Positions 36,621 through 46,859 of a stretch of 64,000 nucleotides of DNA are shown here, one piece after another (position 1 is the first letter of the stretch; every line of letters starts with the position of its first letter). Under the pieces are notes generated by a model. The model searched no databases and was not told the DNA's origin. It saw only the letters and a list, made by a program, of their open reading frames with translations. Location of the stretch: positions 11,914 through 75,913 of the forward strand of contig JBDLJQ010000005.1 of NCBI GenBank assembly GCA_039714255.1. The letters are read 5' to 3'. Source of the stretch: Acidobacteriota bacterium. GTDB taxonomy: Bacteria; Acidobacteriota; Aminicenantia; UBA2199. Made by a program: the position numbers and the translations under genes.

Positions 36621-38252
36621 ATGTCTTTTAAACTCATCAATATTACTCTTTTAATTTTTTATGTGATCTTATTTTTTGGATCTAACGAACTTTTTTCATG
36701 TACTTCGGTACTTGTTACAAAGGGTGCCTCAACAGATGGTTCAACCATGATCAGTTATTCTTGTGATGGTGAATTCCATCCTCATTTGAGGATGACCCCG
36801 GCAGCTGATTTTAAACCGGGAGAAACAATAGAACTTCGCAACTGGTATGGAAAAAAAGGTAAGATCCCTCAGGTTGCTCATACATATAAAGTTGTTGGGT
36901 TAATGAATGAATTTCAGTTGGCAATAGGAGAGACCACCTTTGAGGGGAGGCTGGAATTAGTAAATAAAGATGGTTTGTTCAACTATTTTTCACTGATGAA
37001 AATTGCATTGCAGAGAGCGAAAACAGCTCGTGAAGCCATCAAAGTGATGACATCTCTGGTTGAAAAATATGGATATGGCAGTTCGGGAGAATCTTTCTCC
37101 ATAGCCGATAAAAAAGAGGTATGGATAATGGAGATGGTGGGGACAGGTAAAGGTGGAAGCGGAGCAGTATGGGTTGCTATAAAGATCCCTGACGGATATA
37201 TTTCCGCCCATGCCAATATGTCCAGAATAGGTGAATTTTCATTAAATGATCCAAATGTTATCTTTTCAAAAAATGTTATATCCTTTGCAAAAAAAAAGGG
37301 ATATTATGATCCTGCCAGGGATGGTAAATTTAATTTTTCAAAAGTTTATAATCCTCCATCGGAAGAACAGGTGAAATATTCCCTTAGAAGGGTCTGGAGC
37401 ATTTTCAGGAGATCTGCACCTTCAAAAAAATTATCTCCGGATTTCAGTTCATCAATAAAAGGGGCAGAACCTTATCCTCTGTTTATTAAACCGGACAAAA
37501 AACTGAATGTGAGAGATGTTATTTCGTTACACAGGGATCACTATGAGGGTACAAAATTTGATATGACCGGAGATCTTACTGCAGGGCCATTTGGTGCACC
37601 TGACAGATGGCGGCCCATGAAGTGGGAAGTAGATGGGAAAATGTATGCGTGGGAGAGGCCGATCTCCACCCAGCAGGCTGCATATGTTTTTGTATCGCAG
37701 TCCAGGTCCTTTATTCCCGATCAGATAGGTGGAATATACTGGTATGGAATGGATAATCCCTATACAAACTTTTTTATTCCTCTCTATACTTCAATATTAA
37801 AACTTCCGGAAAGTTATACAAGGGGAGCGTTAAAGAAATTTTCAAGGGATTCTGCCTGGTGGGCATTTAATTTCGTAGCTAATTATGCAAATTTAAGATG
37901 GAGCTATATGATAAAAGATATAAAGAAGGTCCAAAAGGAGATCGAAGATTCGGAGTTTGATATGCAGCCGGTTGTGGAAGATATTGCGAAAAAACTGTTA
38001 AATGAAAATAAAGAAGGCCTCCTCAGCCAGTATTTAACCGATTATTGTGTGGAAAACGGAGAAAAAAATATAAAAAAATGGTGGAAACTTTCCGAATTTC
38101 TTATCACAAAATATAATGACGGATATATTCAGAATGAAAAAAACAGGCCCCGCGAGATCGGATATCCTGAAAAGTGGTTAAAAAATGAAATTAAAAATAA
38201 CAGGTCAAAGTTCAGGTTGAAAATGGAGAGAAAAGGTAAAGGTGAATTATAA
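36621..38252 (+). CDS. Peptidase family C69 dipeptidase (Ntn hydrolase), secreted
   Basis: Signal peptide, then the CTSVLVTKGASTDGS nucleophile motif; MNEFQLAIGETT, LQRAKTAREAI and HANMSRI motifs. Confidence 0.9.
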   Translation: MSFKLINITLLIFYVILFFGSNELFSCTSVLVTKGASTDGSTMISYSCDGEFHPHLRMTPAADFKPGETIELRNWYGKKGKIPQVAHTYKVVGLMNEFQLAIGETTFEGRLELVNKDGLFNYFSLMKIALQRAKTAREAIKVMTSLVEKYGYGSSGESFSIADKKEVWIMEMVGTGKGGSGAVWVAIKIPDGYISAHANMSRIGEFSLNDPNVIFSKNVISFAKKKGYYDPARDGKFNFSKVYNPPSEEQVKYSLRRVWSIFRRSAPSKKLSPDFSSSIKGAEPYPLFIKPDKKLNVRDVISLHRDHYEGTKFDMTGDLTAGPFGAPDRWRPMKWEVDGKMYAWERPISTQQAAYVFVSQSRSFIPDQIGGIYWYGMDNPYTNFFIPLYTSILKLPESYTRGALKKFSRDSAWWAFNFVANYANLRWSYMIKDIKKVQKEIEDSEFDMQPVVEDIAKKLLNENKEGLLSQYLTDYCVENGEKNIKKWWKLSEFLITKYNDGYIQNEKNRPREIGYPEKWLKNEIKNNRSKFRLKMERKGKGEL

Positions 38253-38351
38253 AGCCTCAATAGAATAAATATTGAACAATAGAGTTTTTCTGATTTTCAG
38301 AAAAAAATTTTTTTACTTGAAAAGGGAGAATTGGAATAGTATCATTGTCAG

Positions 38352-39212
38352 ATGATAAATTCTGTATGGGAAAGGTATGAAAATTTAATACCATCTCTTT
38401 TTCTGGATCCTCTGAGATCCCTTGAAAGTGATCTCGAAAATGATCCTGAACATATCGATAAAACTGCAATATTTGATCTTGATAATACCCTTCTTATCGG
38501 AGATATAGGTGATGCATTGTTTGCAAGATTAAAGAATCTTGAGAAAAAAAATTCACTTAAAACCGATGGAAGTAAAATAGCATTTACATGGAAACAATAT
38601 AGAGATTTAATAGAGAAGGGAAATAAGATCGAAGCATATAAAAATGTTGTTACATGTATGGAGGGAATATCCATATCTATTATTGAAAATCTAACAAAAG
38701 AGATAATGAATAGTGATTTCAGGTATATTGAACATGAAAAGGAAAAAATACCTGTTCCTGCCATAAATGAAATAATGAAAAAATTTATGGAATTATTAAA
38801 AAGTCTGGATTATAAGGTTTATATAATATCGGCCAGCAATATCTATTCTGTAAGGTTCATTGCCGGCTATTTTTTCAGAATTCCTGCTGAACAGGCATTC
38901 GGGATTGAAACGGAACTAACACTTAATAGTAATAAAGAGTATATTTTATCCGGCAGGCTAAAAGAACCTGTACCTGTTGGTAGTGGAAAGGTCGATCTGT
39001 ACAGGTTAAAAGAAGGGAATCATTCCCCCCTGATCGCAGCGGGTGACAGTATTCCTGATATCCCTATGATGGAGCTGGTGGACAAAAAAGGATTTAATAT
39101 CTGGGTTGGAAATGATGAACAGGTTTTTAAAAAAATAAAGGGATCTGTGAAAAACCCGAAAAATTTTTATTATTTTAACAGAAACAGGGATTATTTCAGG
39201 AGGAATACTTGA
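38352..39212 (+). CDS. HAD-superfamily hydrolase
   Basis: FDLDNTL, ISAS, GK and GDSIPD motifs. Confidence 0.85.
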   Translation: MINSVWERYENLIPSLFLDPLRSLESDLENDPEHIDKTAIFDLDNTLLIGDIGDALFARLKNLEKKNSLKTDGSKIAFTWKQYRDLIEKGNKIEAYKNVVTCMEGISISIIENLTKEIMNSDFRYIEHEKEKIPVPAINEIMKKFMELLKSLDYKVYIISASNIYSVRFIAGYFFRIPAEQAFGIETELTLNSNKEYILSGRLKEPVPVGSGKVDLYRLKEGNHSPLIAAGDSIPDIPMMELVDKKGFNIWVGNDEQVFKKIKGSVKNPKNFYYFNRNRDYFRRNT

Positions 39213-40099
39213 GAATTGTAACCAGGCCTGACTTTGACGGGATTGTATGTGCAGCTCTATTAAAAGATGCTTTGAATATAGATAAACCTGTTCTGTGGAT
39301 AGAACCCGGAGAAATTAATAATGGAACGGCCAGGATAAAAAAGGGAGATATCCTTGCAAATCTTCCATTCCATAAAAATTGTTCATTATGGTTTGACCAC
39401 CACTATACAAATTCAATACAGGATGATTTTAAAGGTGAATTCAGGATTGCCCCTTCTGCTGCAGGAATAATTCATAATTATTATTTAAAAAAATTCACAA
39501 AGAATTATTCAAAACTGGTGAGAGAGACTGACAGGATAGATTCAGCACGGCTGACCCTGGAAGAGGTTTTGAGGCCGGTGGGTAATCCGTATGTTATGCT
39601 CTCCTTTACCATTAACAGCAGAATGGGGGATGACCATTTATATTGGGACAGAATAGTTGAACTACTTAGAAATGAAGATATGGAAGATATCCTTAATGAT
39701 AAAGAAGTTTCAAAAAGGGTTGAAGCAGAAATTGAAAATGACCGGAAGTATAAAGAATATTTACAAAAATATACCGGGGTGGAAGGTAATGTATCAGTAA
39801 CGGATTTCAGGAAACTGGATTTTTCACCCTCGGGGAACAGATTTCTGGTTTTCTCCCTTTTTCCCGATACTTATGCAAATCTTAAGATAAGAAATAATAA
39901 TATGGAAAAAGGGAAAGTGATTTTAAGTATCGGGCATAGTATCTTTAACAGAAAATGCCGGGTACATTGTGGCAAAATTACAGCAAGATTTGGAGGTGGA
40001 GGACATTTCGGAGCCGGATCATGCTGTTGTGAGAGCAAAATTTTTGATAAATCTGTGGAATCCATCATTTCTGTTTTAAACAAAAATGTAGAGATCTGA
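39209..40099 (+). CDS. DHH/DHHA1 phosphoesterase (exopolyphosphatase/nanoRNase-like)
   Basis: RIVTRPDFDG, FDHH and GGGGH.GAGSC motifs. Confidence 0.85.
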   Translation: MRIVTRPDFDGIVCAALLKDALNIDKPVLWIEPGEINNGTARIKKGDILANLPFHKNCSLWFDHHYTNSIQDDFKGEFRIAPSAAGIIHNYYLKKFTKNYSKLVRETDRIDSARLTLEEVLRPVGNPYVMLSFTINSRMGDDHLYWDRIVELLRNEDMEDILNDKEVSKRVEAEIENDRKYKEYLQKYTGVEGNVSVTDFRKLDFSPSGNRFLVFSLFPDTYANLKIRNNNMEKGKVILSIGHSIFNRKCRVHCGKITARFGGGGHFGAGSCCCESKIFDKSVESIISVLNKNVEI

Positions 40100-40113
40100 T
40101 CTGGAGGCAAATA

Positions 40114-40989
40114 GTGAAAAAATTTAATAAACCGGCCCTGATTTTAATTTTGTTTTTTTTCATATTCACCAGTGAAAGTATTGGTAAATCTTTCCTCTGG
40201 GAGATAGAAGTAAATGGAAATAAAAGTTACATCCTGGGGTCTGTCCATATGATGAAGAAGGAGGTTTACCCTCTTAAAAGTGAATTGGAAGAGGGATTCA
40301 GCCGATGTGATTTCCTTGTGGTTGAGGCTGATATTTCAACTGAAAAACTCGGCGAAATACTGAAGATCACAATGGAAAAGGCAAAATACAAAAATAATTC
40401 AACCTTAAAAGACCATATTTCTGTTAATACTTATAAAATTGCTTCAAAAAAGCTTGATGAGCTGGGAATGTCCTTAAAATATTTTAATAATTTTAAACCC
40501 TGGTTCCTTGCAATGACAGTTACAAGCATGGAACTTGTGAAACAGGGGCTTGATCCTAATCTGGGGATAGATAAATATTTTATAAATAAGGCCGGAGATA
40601 AAAAAATTCTTGAACTTGAAGGTGTAGAATTCCAATTGGATATGTTTGACAATTTTTCGGATGCTGAGAGTGATAAGTTTCTCCTTTCAAGTTTAAGGGA
40701 TGCAACAGAATTGGGAAAAGAGATCGATACAATTGTAGAGGCATGGAAGGCGGGAGATACAGATGCAATTGAACGTTTGTTAATAGATAATAAAAAGGAT
40801 TTCCCGGGGATGGAAAAATTGTTTAAAATAATTCTGGATGAAAGAAATGAAAGGATGGTGAAAAAGATAGAATCATACTTTCAGACCGGAGATTCATACT
40901 TTATAATTGCGGGGGCAGCTCATCTTGTGGGGAAGAAAGGGATAATTAAAATGCTTGAAAAAAAAGGATACAAATTAAAACAGATATGA
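40114..40989 (+). CDS. TraB/GumN family protein, secreted
   Basis: SFLWEI..SYILGSVH, LGID, ELEGVEFQ, ERNERM and GAAHLVG motifs. Confidence 0.88.
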   Translation: MKKFNKPALILILFFFIFTSESIGKSFLWEIEVNGNKSYILGSVHMMKKEVYPLKSELEEGFSRCDFLVVEADISTEKLGEILKITMEKAKYKNNSTLKDHISVNTYKIASKKLDELGMSLKYFNNFKPWFLAMTVTSMELVKQGLDPNLGIDKYFINKAGDKKILELEGVEFQLDMFDNFSDAESDKFLLSSLRDATELGKEIDTIVEAWKAGDTDAIERLLIDNKKDFPGMEKLFKIILDERNERMVKKIESYFQTGDSYFIIAGAAHLVGKKGIIKMLEKKGYKLKQI

Positions 40990-41013
40990 TCTTACTTCGT
41001 ATATAAAGCTATT

Positions 41014-41544
41014 ATGGATCTGAATAGATATTTTGAAAAGGGAGTCTCGATAAAGGAATTTGAGTGTTTATTAGGAGATAATCAGAAACTTCACGAACTT
41101 CATTACCGGAAGTTTTCACCGAACCCTGAAATAGTACAAAATATAAAAAGCCTGGAACCTGCAAGGATCCTTGTTATTACGGAACCATGGTGTGGAGATT
41201 CTCTTGCCATATTACCTGTTATAAAAAAAATTTCAGAGATCAATGGTAATTGGGAAATGAAAGTTGTCTTAAGGGATGAGAATCCGGAACTTATTGATAA
41301 CTTTCTTACAAATGGTGGAAGAGCTATCCCGGTTTTCCTCTTTTTGAAAAAGGATAACTCATTGTTGTTCCGGTGGGGCCCGAGGCCGAATGCAGCTCAG
41401 GATATTTTCGAGAATCACAGGGAACTGATCAATAGTAGAGAAGTTAGAAAAGAAGAAGTGATGAAAAAGATCCGCCGGTTTTATTCCGGAGACAGAGGAA
41501 ATGAGATCCAAAAAGAGATTGTGGGGAAATTGGCAAAATTTTGA
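41014..41544 (+). CDS. Thioredoxin-like protein (CxxS active site)
   Basis: TEPWCGDS, LRDENPELID.FLTNGGRAIP and WGPRP motifs. Confidence 0.85.
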   Translation: MDLNRYFEKGVSIKEFECLLGDNQKLHELHYRKFSPNPEIVQNIKSLEPARILVITEPWCGDSLAILPVIKKISEINGNWEMKVVLRDENPELIDNFLTNGGRAIPVFLFLKKDNSLLFRWGPRPNAAQDIFENHRELINSREVRKEEVMKKIRRFYSGDRGNEIQKEIVGKLAKF

Positions 41545-41569
41545 CCTGAGAGATAAAATTTAATATACT
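41541..41569 (+). promoter_or_regulatory. sigma70 promoter
   Basis: TTGACC-17 nt-TATACT upstream of the SD of the gene at 41586. Confidence 0.5.
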
Positions 41570-41585
41570 TTTTTCAGGAGAATCA

Positions 41586-42221
41586 ATGATATTTAAGCAG
41601 ATAGAATCGGGTGGTGACAGAAATTTCGGTTACCTTATCGGATGTGAAAAAACTAAAGAAGGCGCCCTTGTAGATCCTTCTCCAGACCCGTTGCCCTGTG
41701 TCAATGCAGCAAAAAGTAACCGGATAAAAATTCTGTATGTAATAAACACCCATTCCCATTTTGACCATACCGGTGGAAATGATCATTTACTGAATAGAGA
41801 AGGAGCTGAACTTGTTACTTTTACCGGAAATGGTGGTGATATAGAGGTTGGTGACGGGGGGATCCTTCAGTTGGGAAGCCTGGCGATGGAATTCATCCAT
41901 ACTCCCGGGCATACAGCAGATTCTCTCTGTATTAAAATTGATGATAAATTGATAACTGGTGACACACTTTTTGTTGGAAAGGTAGGGGGTACCTATACCG
42001 AAGAAGAGGCAAGAACAGAGTTTGAAAGCCTGAAAAAGCTCATGCTTCTTCCGCCTGAAACTGAAGTATGGCCCGGACATAACTATGGAGTAAAGCCTCA
42101 TTCGACAATAGGATATGAACTTCAGAACAATCCTTTCATAAACAGAATAAACAGCTTTGATGATTTCCTGTGGCTGAAACAGAACTGGGCTGCATACAAG
42201 CAGGAACACGGTATTTCCTGA
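41586..42221 (+). CDS. MBL-fold hydrolase (glyoxalase II-like)
   Basis: THSHFDH, HTPGHT, TGDTLFVG and PGHNYG motifs. Confidence 0.88.
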   Translation: MIFKQIESGGDRNFGYLIGCEKTKEGALVDPSPDPLPCVNAAKSNRIKILYVINTHSHFDHTGGNDHLLNREGAELVTFTGNGGDIEVGDGGILQLGSLAMEFIHTPGHTADSLCIKIDDKLITGDTLFVGKVGGTYTEEEARTEFESLKKLMLLPPETEVWPGHNYGVKPHSTIGYELQNNPFINRINSFDDFLWLKQNWAAYKQEHGIS

Positions 42222-42242
42222 AGTAATATTTAAATCTGAAAT

Positions 42243-42965
42243 ATGGAAAACTGGTTCAAAGAGTGGTTTGATGAAAATTATCTGTTACTTTATCGTCACA
42301 GAGATGAGAGGGAAGCAAATCTTCAGTTTAACCTGATCCTTGATAAGGTAAATCCGGAAAAGAACTGGAGGATCCTCGATCTGGCCTGCGGGGAAGGGAG
42401 GTATACATACCTTTTTAAAAATTCCGGATTTGATATAAAAGGAATAGATCTTTCCGAAACTTTAATTAATAGCGGAAGAGAAAAGTATAAAGGGCTCAAG
42501 TTGGAAATCTGTGATATGAGGAATATTAAAGGAAAGTTTGATATGATACTTTCTCTCTTCACAAGCTTTGGATATTTCCTGAAAGAAAAAGAGAATATGG
42601 ATGTAATTTCCGGCATATATAATTCGTTGAATCCCGGTGGAGTATTCTGGCTCGATTTTTTAAATCCCGGTTTTGTCAGGAAAACCCTTGTGAATAAAGG
42701 GACTAAAAAGATCGTCAGCGGGATGGAGATTCTGGAGGAGAGAAGTATAGAAGGAAATCGTATTGTGAAGAGGATCACAATAGTAAAAGGTGAGGAAAAA
42801 AAGAGATATACTGAATCGGTAAGGCTTTTTTCAAAAGCCGAACTTTCGGATATGATGAAAAGATCAGGTTTTCAAATAATGGAGTTTTTCGGAAATTATT
42901 CAGGTGATAACTGGTCAGATGATTCCGAAAGGACAATAGTATTTGCGATTAAACAACAAGCATGA
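42243..42965 (+). CDS. Class I SAM-dependent methyltransferase (possibly NmbA-like)
   Basis: LDLACGEGR, GIDLS, CDMR and LFTSFGYF motifs; N-terminal WFKEWF..YLLLYRHRD. Confidence 0.85.
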   Translation: MENWFKEWFDENYLLLYRHRDEREANLQFNLILDKVNPEKNWRILDLACGEGRYTYLFKNSGFDIKGIDLSETLINSGREKYKGLKLEICDMRNIKGKFDMILSLFTSFGYFLKEKENMDVISGIYNSLNPGGVFWLDFLNPGFVRKTLVNKGTKKIVSGMEILEERSIEGNRIVKRITIVKGEEKKRYTESVRLFSKAELSDMMKRSGFQIMEFFGNYSGDNWSDDSERTIVFAIKQQA

Positions 42966-43066
42966 GATAAAACTTAATATAAGGCTCTTTTTGGAATATT
43001 AAATATGTTTATGATAAAACTTGATTTAACAATTAAAAAATTCATAAAACTAAAATGGAGATAAAA

Positions 43067-45640
43067 ATGGGCAAAAAATTTTTTCTGAGTTTAATTTTAA
43101 TTTTATTTTTAAGTGTCTCAATTTTTTCTCAGGTAGGCCCGGGAACCTTTTTTAACAAAGATATAGGTTCTGACCGGTTACTTATAATTTATAATGATAT
43201 TGTAAGATATTTTAAATATCTTGGCGAAAATTCAGACAGGGTGAAAGTAAGCAATGAAGGGTTGTCAACAAGGGGAAACCCTTTATACCTGGCCTTTATA
43301 TCATCAAAGAAAAATATAGAGAATCTGGATAATCTGATAAGTATAAATGAAAAACTTGCAAATCCGGACAAGATCTCTCCTGAAGAACACAAAAGATTAA
43401 TTGAAAAGGGCAAAGCATTTGTCCTTATAACCGGAACCATTCACTCAACTGAAATAGCATCATCACAGATGATGATGCTTCAGGCGCATAAGATGGCTGT
43501 TGAAAAGGATCCGGAGAAAGAAAAAATCCTGGATAATGTTGTGATCATGTTGATGCCTTCGATCAATCCTGATGGCAATATAATGGTTACCAACTGGTAT
43601 AACAAATATCTCAACACACCATTTGAAGGGGGGCCGTTGCCTTACCTTTATCATGATTATGCGGGGCATGATACTAACAGAGATTTTTTCATGTTAAATC
43701 TTAAAGAGACAAAAATTGTAAATGCAATACTTCATAAAAAATATTTTCCTCAGATCTTTCTTGATATGCATCAGATGGGAACAACGGGGCCGAGAATGTT
43801 CGTTCCTCCTTTTAAGGATCCGTTGAACCAGAACCTTGATCCGTTACTTTTAAGGGAGACAGATATAATTGGTTCATTTATGGCTTTAAAGCTCCAGGAA
43901 AAAGGTAAAAAAGGGGTAGCTTCGGGTTATGCTTTTGATGCATACTGGCCTGGTGGTTCAAAGAACACTGCATGGTATAAAAATGTTGTTGGAATCTTAA
44001 CCGAACTGTCCAGTGCAGCGATAGCAACCCCTATTTTTGTTGATAAAAATGAACTTAGAGTAAGATCAAAGGGCCTTCCTGAATATAAGAAGCAGGTAAA
44101 TTTTCCCGATCCGTGGCCCGGTGGATGGTGGCATCTGAAAGATATAATTGAATATGAGGTTATAGCAGTTGATGCATTAATCGAGATTGCTTCAAAGAAC
44201 AGGAAAAGTTTTCTTCAAAATTTCCTGAATAGTGGAATAAACAGTATTGTGAAGGGAAAAGCTGATCCTCCTTATGGATATATGGTGCCCGCCGATCAAT
44301 GGGACAGGTGGTCTGCATTTGAATTTCTCCGGAAAATGAAAGAAGGAGGTGTGAGGATCTTTTCTTTGACAGAGGATAAGATAATAGGAGAAAAGATCTT
44401 TAAAAAAGGTTCATTTTTTTTACCTCTTAACCAGCCTTATGGTAACTATGTAAAGGTAATGATGGAAAAACAGAAATATCCTGAAATAAAACATATGTCC
44501 GGCGGCCCGATAATTGAACCCTATGACTCTGCCGGGTGGACCCTCCCGATCCAGATGGGGGTAAAGTATGAAGATGTGAATATCCCAATGGAAAATTTTT
44601 TGCTTTCCGAACTTACAGAGATAAATATTCCTTTGGAAAAAATAACGGGCAATGGAAATTGTTATATATTGCCGGCTGCATCTAATAGTAGTGTGATCGC
44701 TGTTAACCGGCTCCATAAAATTAATATACCGGTTTTCCGTTATACCGGAAAAGGTGATATTAATAAGGGAGATTTTGTCTTAAAAGGTTCACATCTGACG
44801 GAAGACAGAATACAAAAAGTCATAAAGGGGACAGGGCTCAATATTATTAAAAAACATATTAATGATAATTCAGGATTAATTCCTCTTAAACCGTTTAAAC
44901 TGGCAATCTATCAGCCCTATATTCCCAGTATGGATGAAGGTTGGACAAGGTGGGTACTTGATACTTTTGAATTTGATTATGAAATATTTCACAGAAAGGA
45001 TATCAGGTCGAAAGGTTTTAAAAAGAGAGTGGATGTTATTATATTTCCGGATATGCCCAGGAATGTGATAGTTGATGGAAAATATAAAGGTTACTGGGGG
45101 AAATACTATGAAAGGATGCCTCCCCGTTATAAAGGAGGGATCGGAAAAGAGGGTGTAAAGAATCTGATAGATTTTGTAAGTGAGGGCGGTACAATTATAC
45201 TCCTTGATTCTGCTTATGAACTGGGAAGTAGAGATTTTCAGTTACCGTTTACAAATATTTTAAAAAGTGTTTCCCGGGAAAAGTTTTATTGCCCCGGATC
45301 ATTATTAAAGGTGAATATTGATCCGGATGAACCGGTCGGGTGGGGAATGGAAAAGGAGTCAACCCTGTTCTTTTCTCACAGTCCGGTATTCAGGACCAGA
45401 ATTCCCATAAGTGCAGGAATAGATAGAAAGGTTGTGTCTCGTTACAGTGATACCGGTTCACATTTGATCAGTGGATACTTGAAAGGTGGTAATTATCTTA
45501 ACAGAGCTGTATCTTCCATTGTGTTTGATTATTTTAAGGGCAATGTAATTGTATTTGGCGGAAGGATCCAGCATCGCGGACAAACATTTGCCACATTCAA
45601 ACTTTTGTTCAATGCCATATATTATTCAGGAATAAAGTAG
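43067..45640 (+). CDS. Second secreted M14 zinc carboxypeptidase with a C-terminal GATase-like domain
   Basis: HSTE, NPDG, GHDTNRD, DMHQMG and MDEGWTRW motifs; collinear with 29708-32344. Confidence 0.88.
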   Translation: MGKKFFLSLILILFLSVSIFSQVGPGTFFNKDIGSDRLLIIYNDIVRYFKYLGENSDRVKVSNEGLSTRGNPLYLAFISSKKNIENLDNLISINEKLANPDKISPEEHKRLIEKGKAFVLITGTIHSTEIASSQMMMLQAHKMAVEKDPEKEKILDNVVIMLMPSINPDGNIMVTNWYNKYLNTPFEGGPLPYLYHDYAGHDTNRDFFMLNLKETKIVNAILHKKYFPQIFLDMHQMGTTGPRMFVPPFKDPLNQNLDPLLLRETDIIGSFMALKLQEKGKKGVASGYAFDAYWPGGSKNTAWYKNVVGILTELSSAAIATPIFVDKNELRVRSKGLPEYKKQVNFPDPWPGGWWHLKDIIEYEVIAVDALIEIASKNRKSFLQNFLNSGINSIVKGKADPPYGYMVPADQWDRWSAFEFLRKMKEGGVRIFSLTEDKIIGEKIFKKGSFFLPLNQPYGNYVKVMMEKQKYPEIKHMSGGPIIEPYDSAGWTLPIQMGVKYEDVNIPMENFLLSELTEINIPLEKITGNGNCYILPAASNSSVIAVNRLHKINIPVFRYTGKGDINKGDFVLKGSHLTEDRIQKVIKGTGLNIIKKHINDNSGLIPLKPFKLAIYQPYIPSMDEGWTRWVLDTFEFDYEIFHRKDIRSKGFKKRVDVIIFPDMPRNVIVDGKYKGYWGKYYERMPPRYKGGIGKEGVKNLIDFVSEGGTIILLDSAYELGSRDFQLPFTNILKSVSREKFYCPGSLLKVNIDPDEPVGWGMEKESTLFFSHSPVFRTRIPISAGIDRKVVSRYSDTGSHLISGYLKGGNYLNRAVSSIVFDYFKGNVIVFGGRIQHRGQTFATFKLLFNAIYYSGIK

Positions 45641-45667
45641 AAAAAATATACTGGATATAACAAAACT

Positions 45668-46111
45668 ATGAAAACAGGGAATAGTGAAATGGGGAAATGG
45701 AAACCCGGGGTTCCCAAAGCAATTCTTCTTCTTGTTGCAGGGGCAATATGGATAGGGATAGGAATTATGCTGAATGCTAAGTCATTCTTCTGGTTAAGAG
45801 ACAAAAGTACGGACATTCTTTTAATAATTGTTATTACAGGTTTAATAAGTGCTTTTTTTATTCATTATTTCGGGTTTTCCCGAATAGTGGATAAAAATTT
45901 AAAACGAATTCTTCCCATGGAGGGGAAAAGGTGTTTCTTTTCTTTTATGCCCTGGAGGAGTTATTTAATGGTCAGCATAATGATCATTTTTGGTTCTTTT
46001 CTCCGGCATTCATCGATCCCGAAAGTGTTCTTAGCCCCCATTTATACTGCCATAGGAACAGCACTGATCCTGTCAGGTTTCACATATATCAGGGTCATGC
46101 TCCGGAAATAA
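45668..46111 (+). CDS. Small four-TM hypothetical membrane protein
   Basis: Four hydrophobic segments; no family assigned. Confidence 0.7.
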   Translation: MKTGNSEMGKWKPGVPKAILLLVAGAIWIGIGIMLNAKSFFWLRDKSTDILLIIVITGLISAFFIHYFGFSRIVDKNLKRILPMEGKRCFFSFMPWRSYLMVSIMIIFGSFLRHSSIPKVFLAPIYTAIGTALILSGFTYIRVMLRK

Positions 46112-46151
46112 AATAAATAAAAAAAGAGTATATTCAGGTTACAGCCATTTG

Positions 46152-46682
46152 CTATACTATTAGTTCTTTTATCTGTTTTATGTGTCTCTCTTCGTGTTTG
46201 CCGAGAAATACCAGCCACTGGTAAAGGTTCATTCTACCCCTTGTCATGGGGTGGGGGAATTCCAGTTTTGTCATATCGTATTGACTCAGCTTTTCCACTA
46301 TGGAGAGAAGTTCTATCCTTGATGCAACTAATAGTCCATTCAATTCATCCCTGTTCTTATTTTCAACAGGAACTGCAAAAGAGGGTGCATTTATCTTTTC
46401 CTTCACCTCATTAATAGAATATTCATCGAGGCTGTTGAGCCAGGATTTGTTGGACTTATCGGGGGCAAATCCCCTTTGTTCAGCTTTATCAACAAGTTTT
46501 GCAAAGATAGAGTTTATTTGGATCTCTGAAAGGTGGAGGTGGTTTACATTCTCCATCACAGACCACCGGCCCGGATCCTCTTTTTTCACAAACTTTTCCG
46601 AATCACAATTATTGATGGTATCCAGAAGCATACCCCTCACATCTTCAATATAGTCTATTATCTCTTTCAGGTTTTTTTTCAT
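46152..46682 (-). CDS. DinB/YfiT family protein (candidate bacillithiol S-transferase)
   Basis: WSVMENVNHL..E, HP..G.MNL.QW and HEERH three-His pattern; divergent from bshC; start ATG at 46682. Confidence 0.85.
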   Translation of the reverse strand: MKKNLKEIIDYIEDVRGMLLDTINNCDSEKFVKKEDPGRWSVMENVNHLHLSEIQINSIFAKLVDKAEQRGFAPDKSNKSWLNSLDEYSINEVKEKINAPSFAVPVENKNRDELNGLLVASRIELLSIVEKLSQYDMTKLEFPHPMTRGRMNLYQWLVFLGKHEERHIKQIKELIV

Positions 46683-46782
46683 ACGCCACCTCATAATTTT
46701 TGATACTGATGTTAATAATTTTAAAATAAAAAATCAAGTTGAATAAAAAGAAAAAAAAGGGGACAGGTGATTATCTCTAATT

Positions 46783-46812
46783 GGTTCTGCGAAGCTTTAG
46801 CGAAGCAGAATT
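46783..46812. repeat. Short palindromic element containing two GCGAAGC mini-hairpin motifs
   Basis: GGTTCTGC-GAAGCTTTAGCGAA-GCAGAATT. Confidence 0.5.
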
Positions 46813-46859
46813 GAAATTGGATATGATTAGTAATATAATAAATTTTAAGTTAAAGGGTT

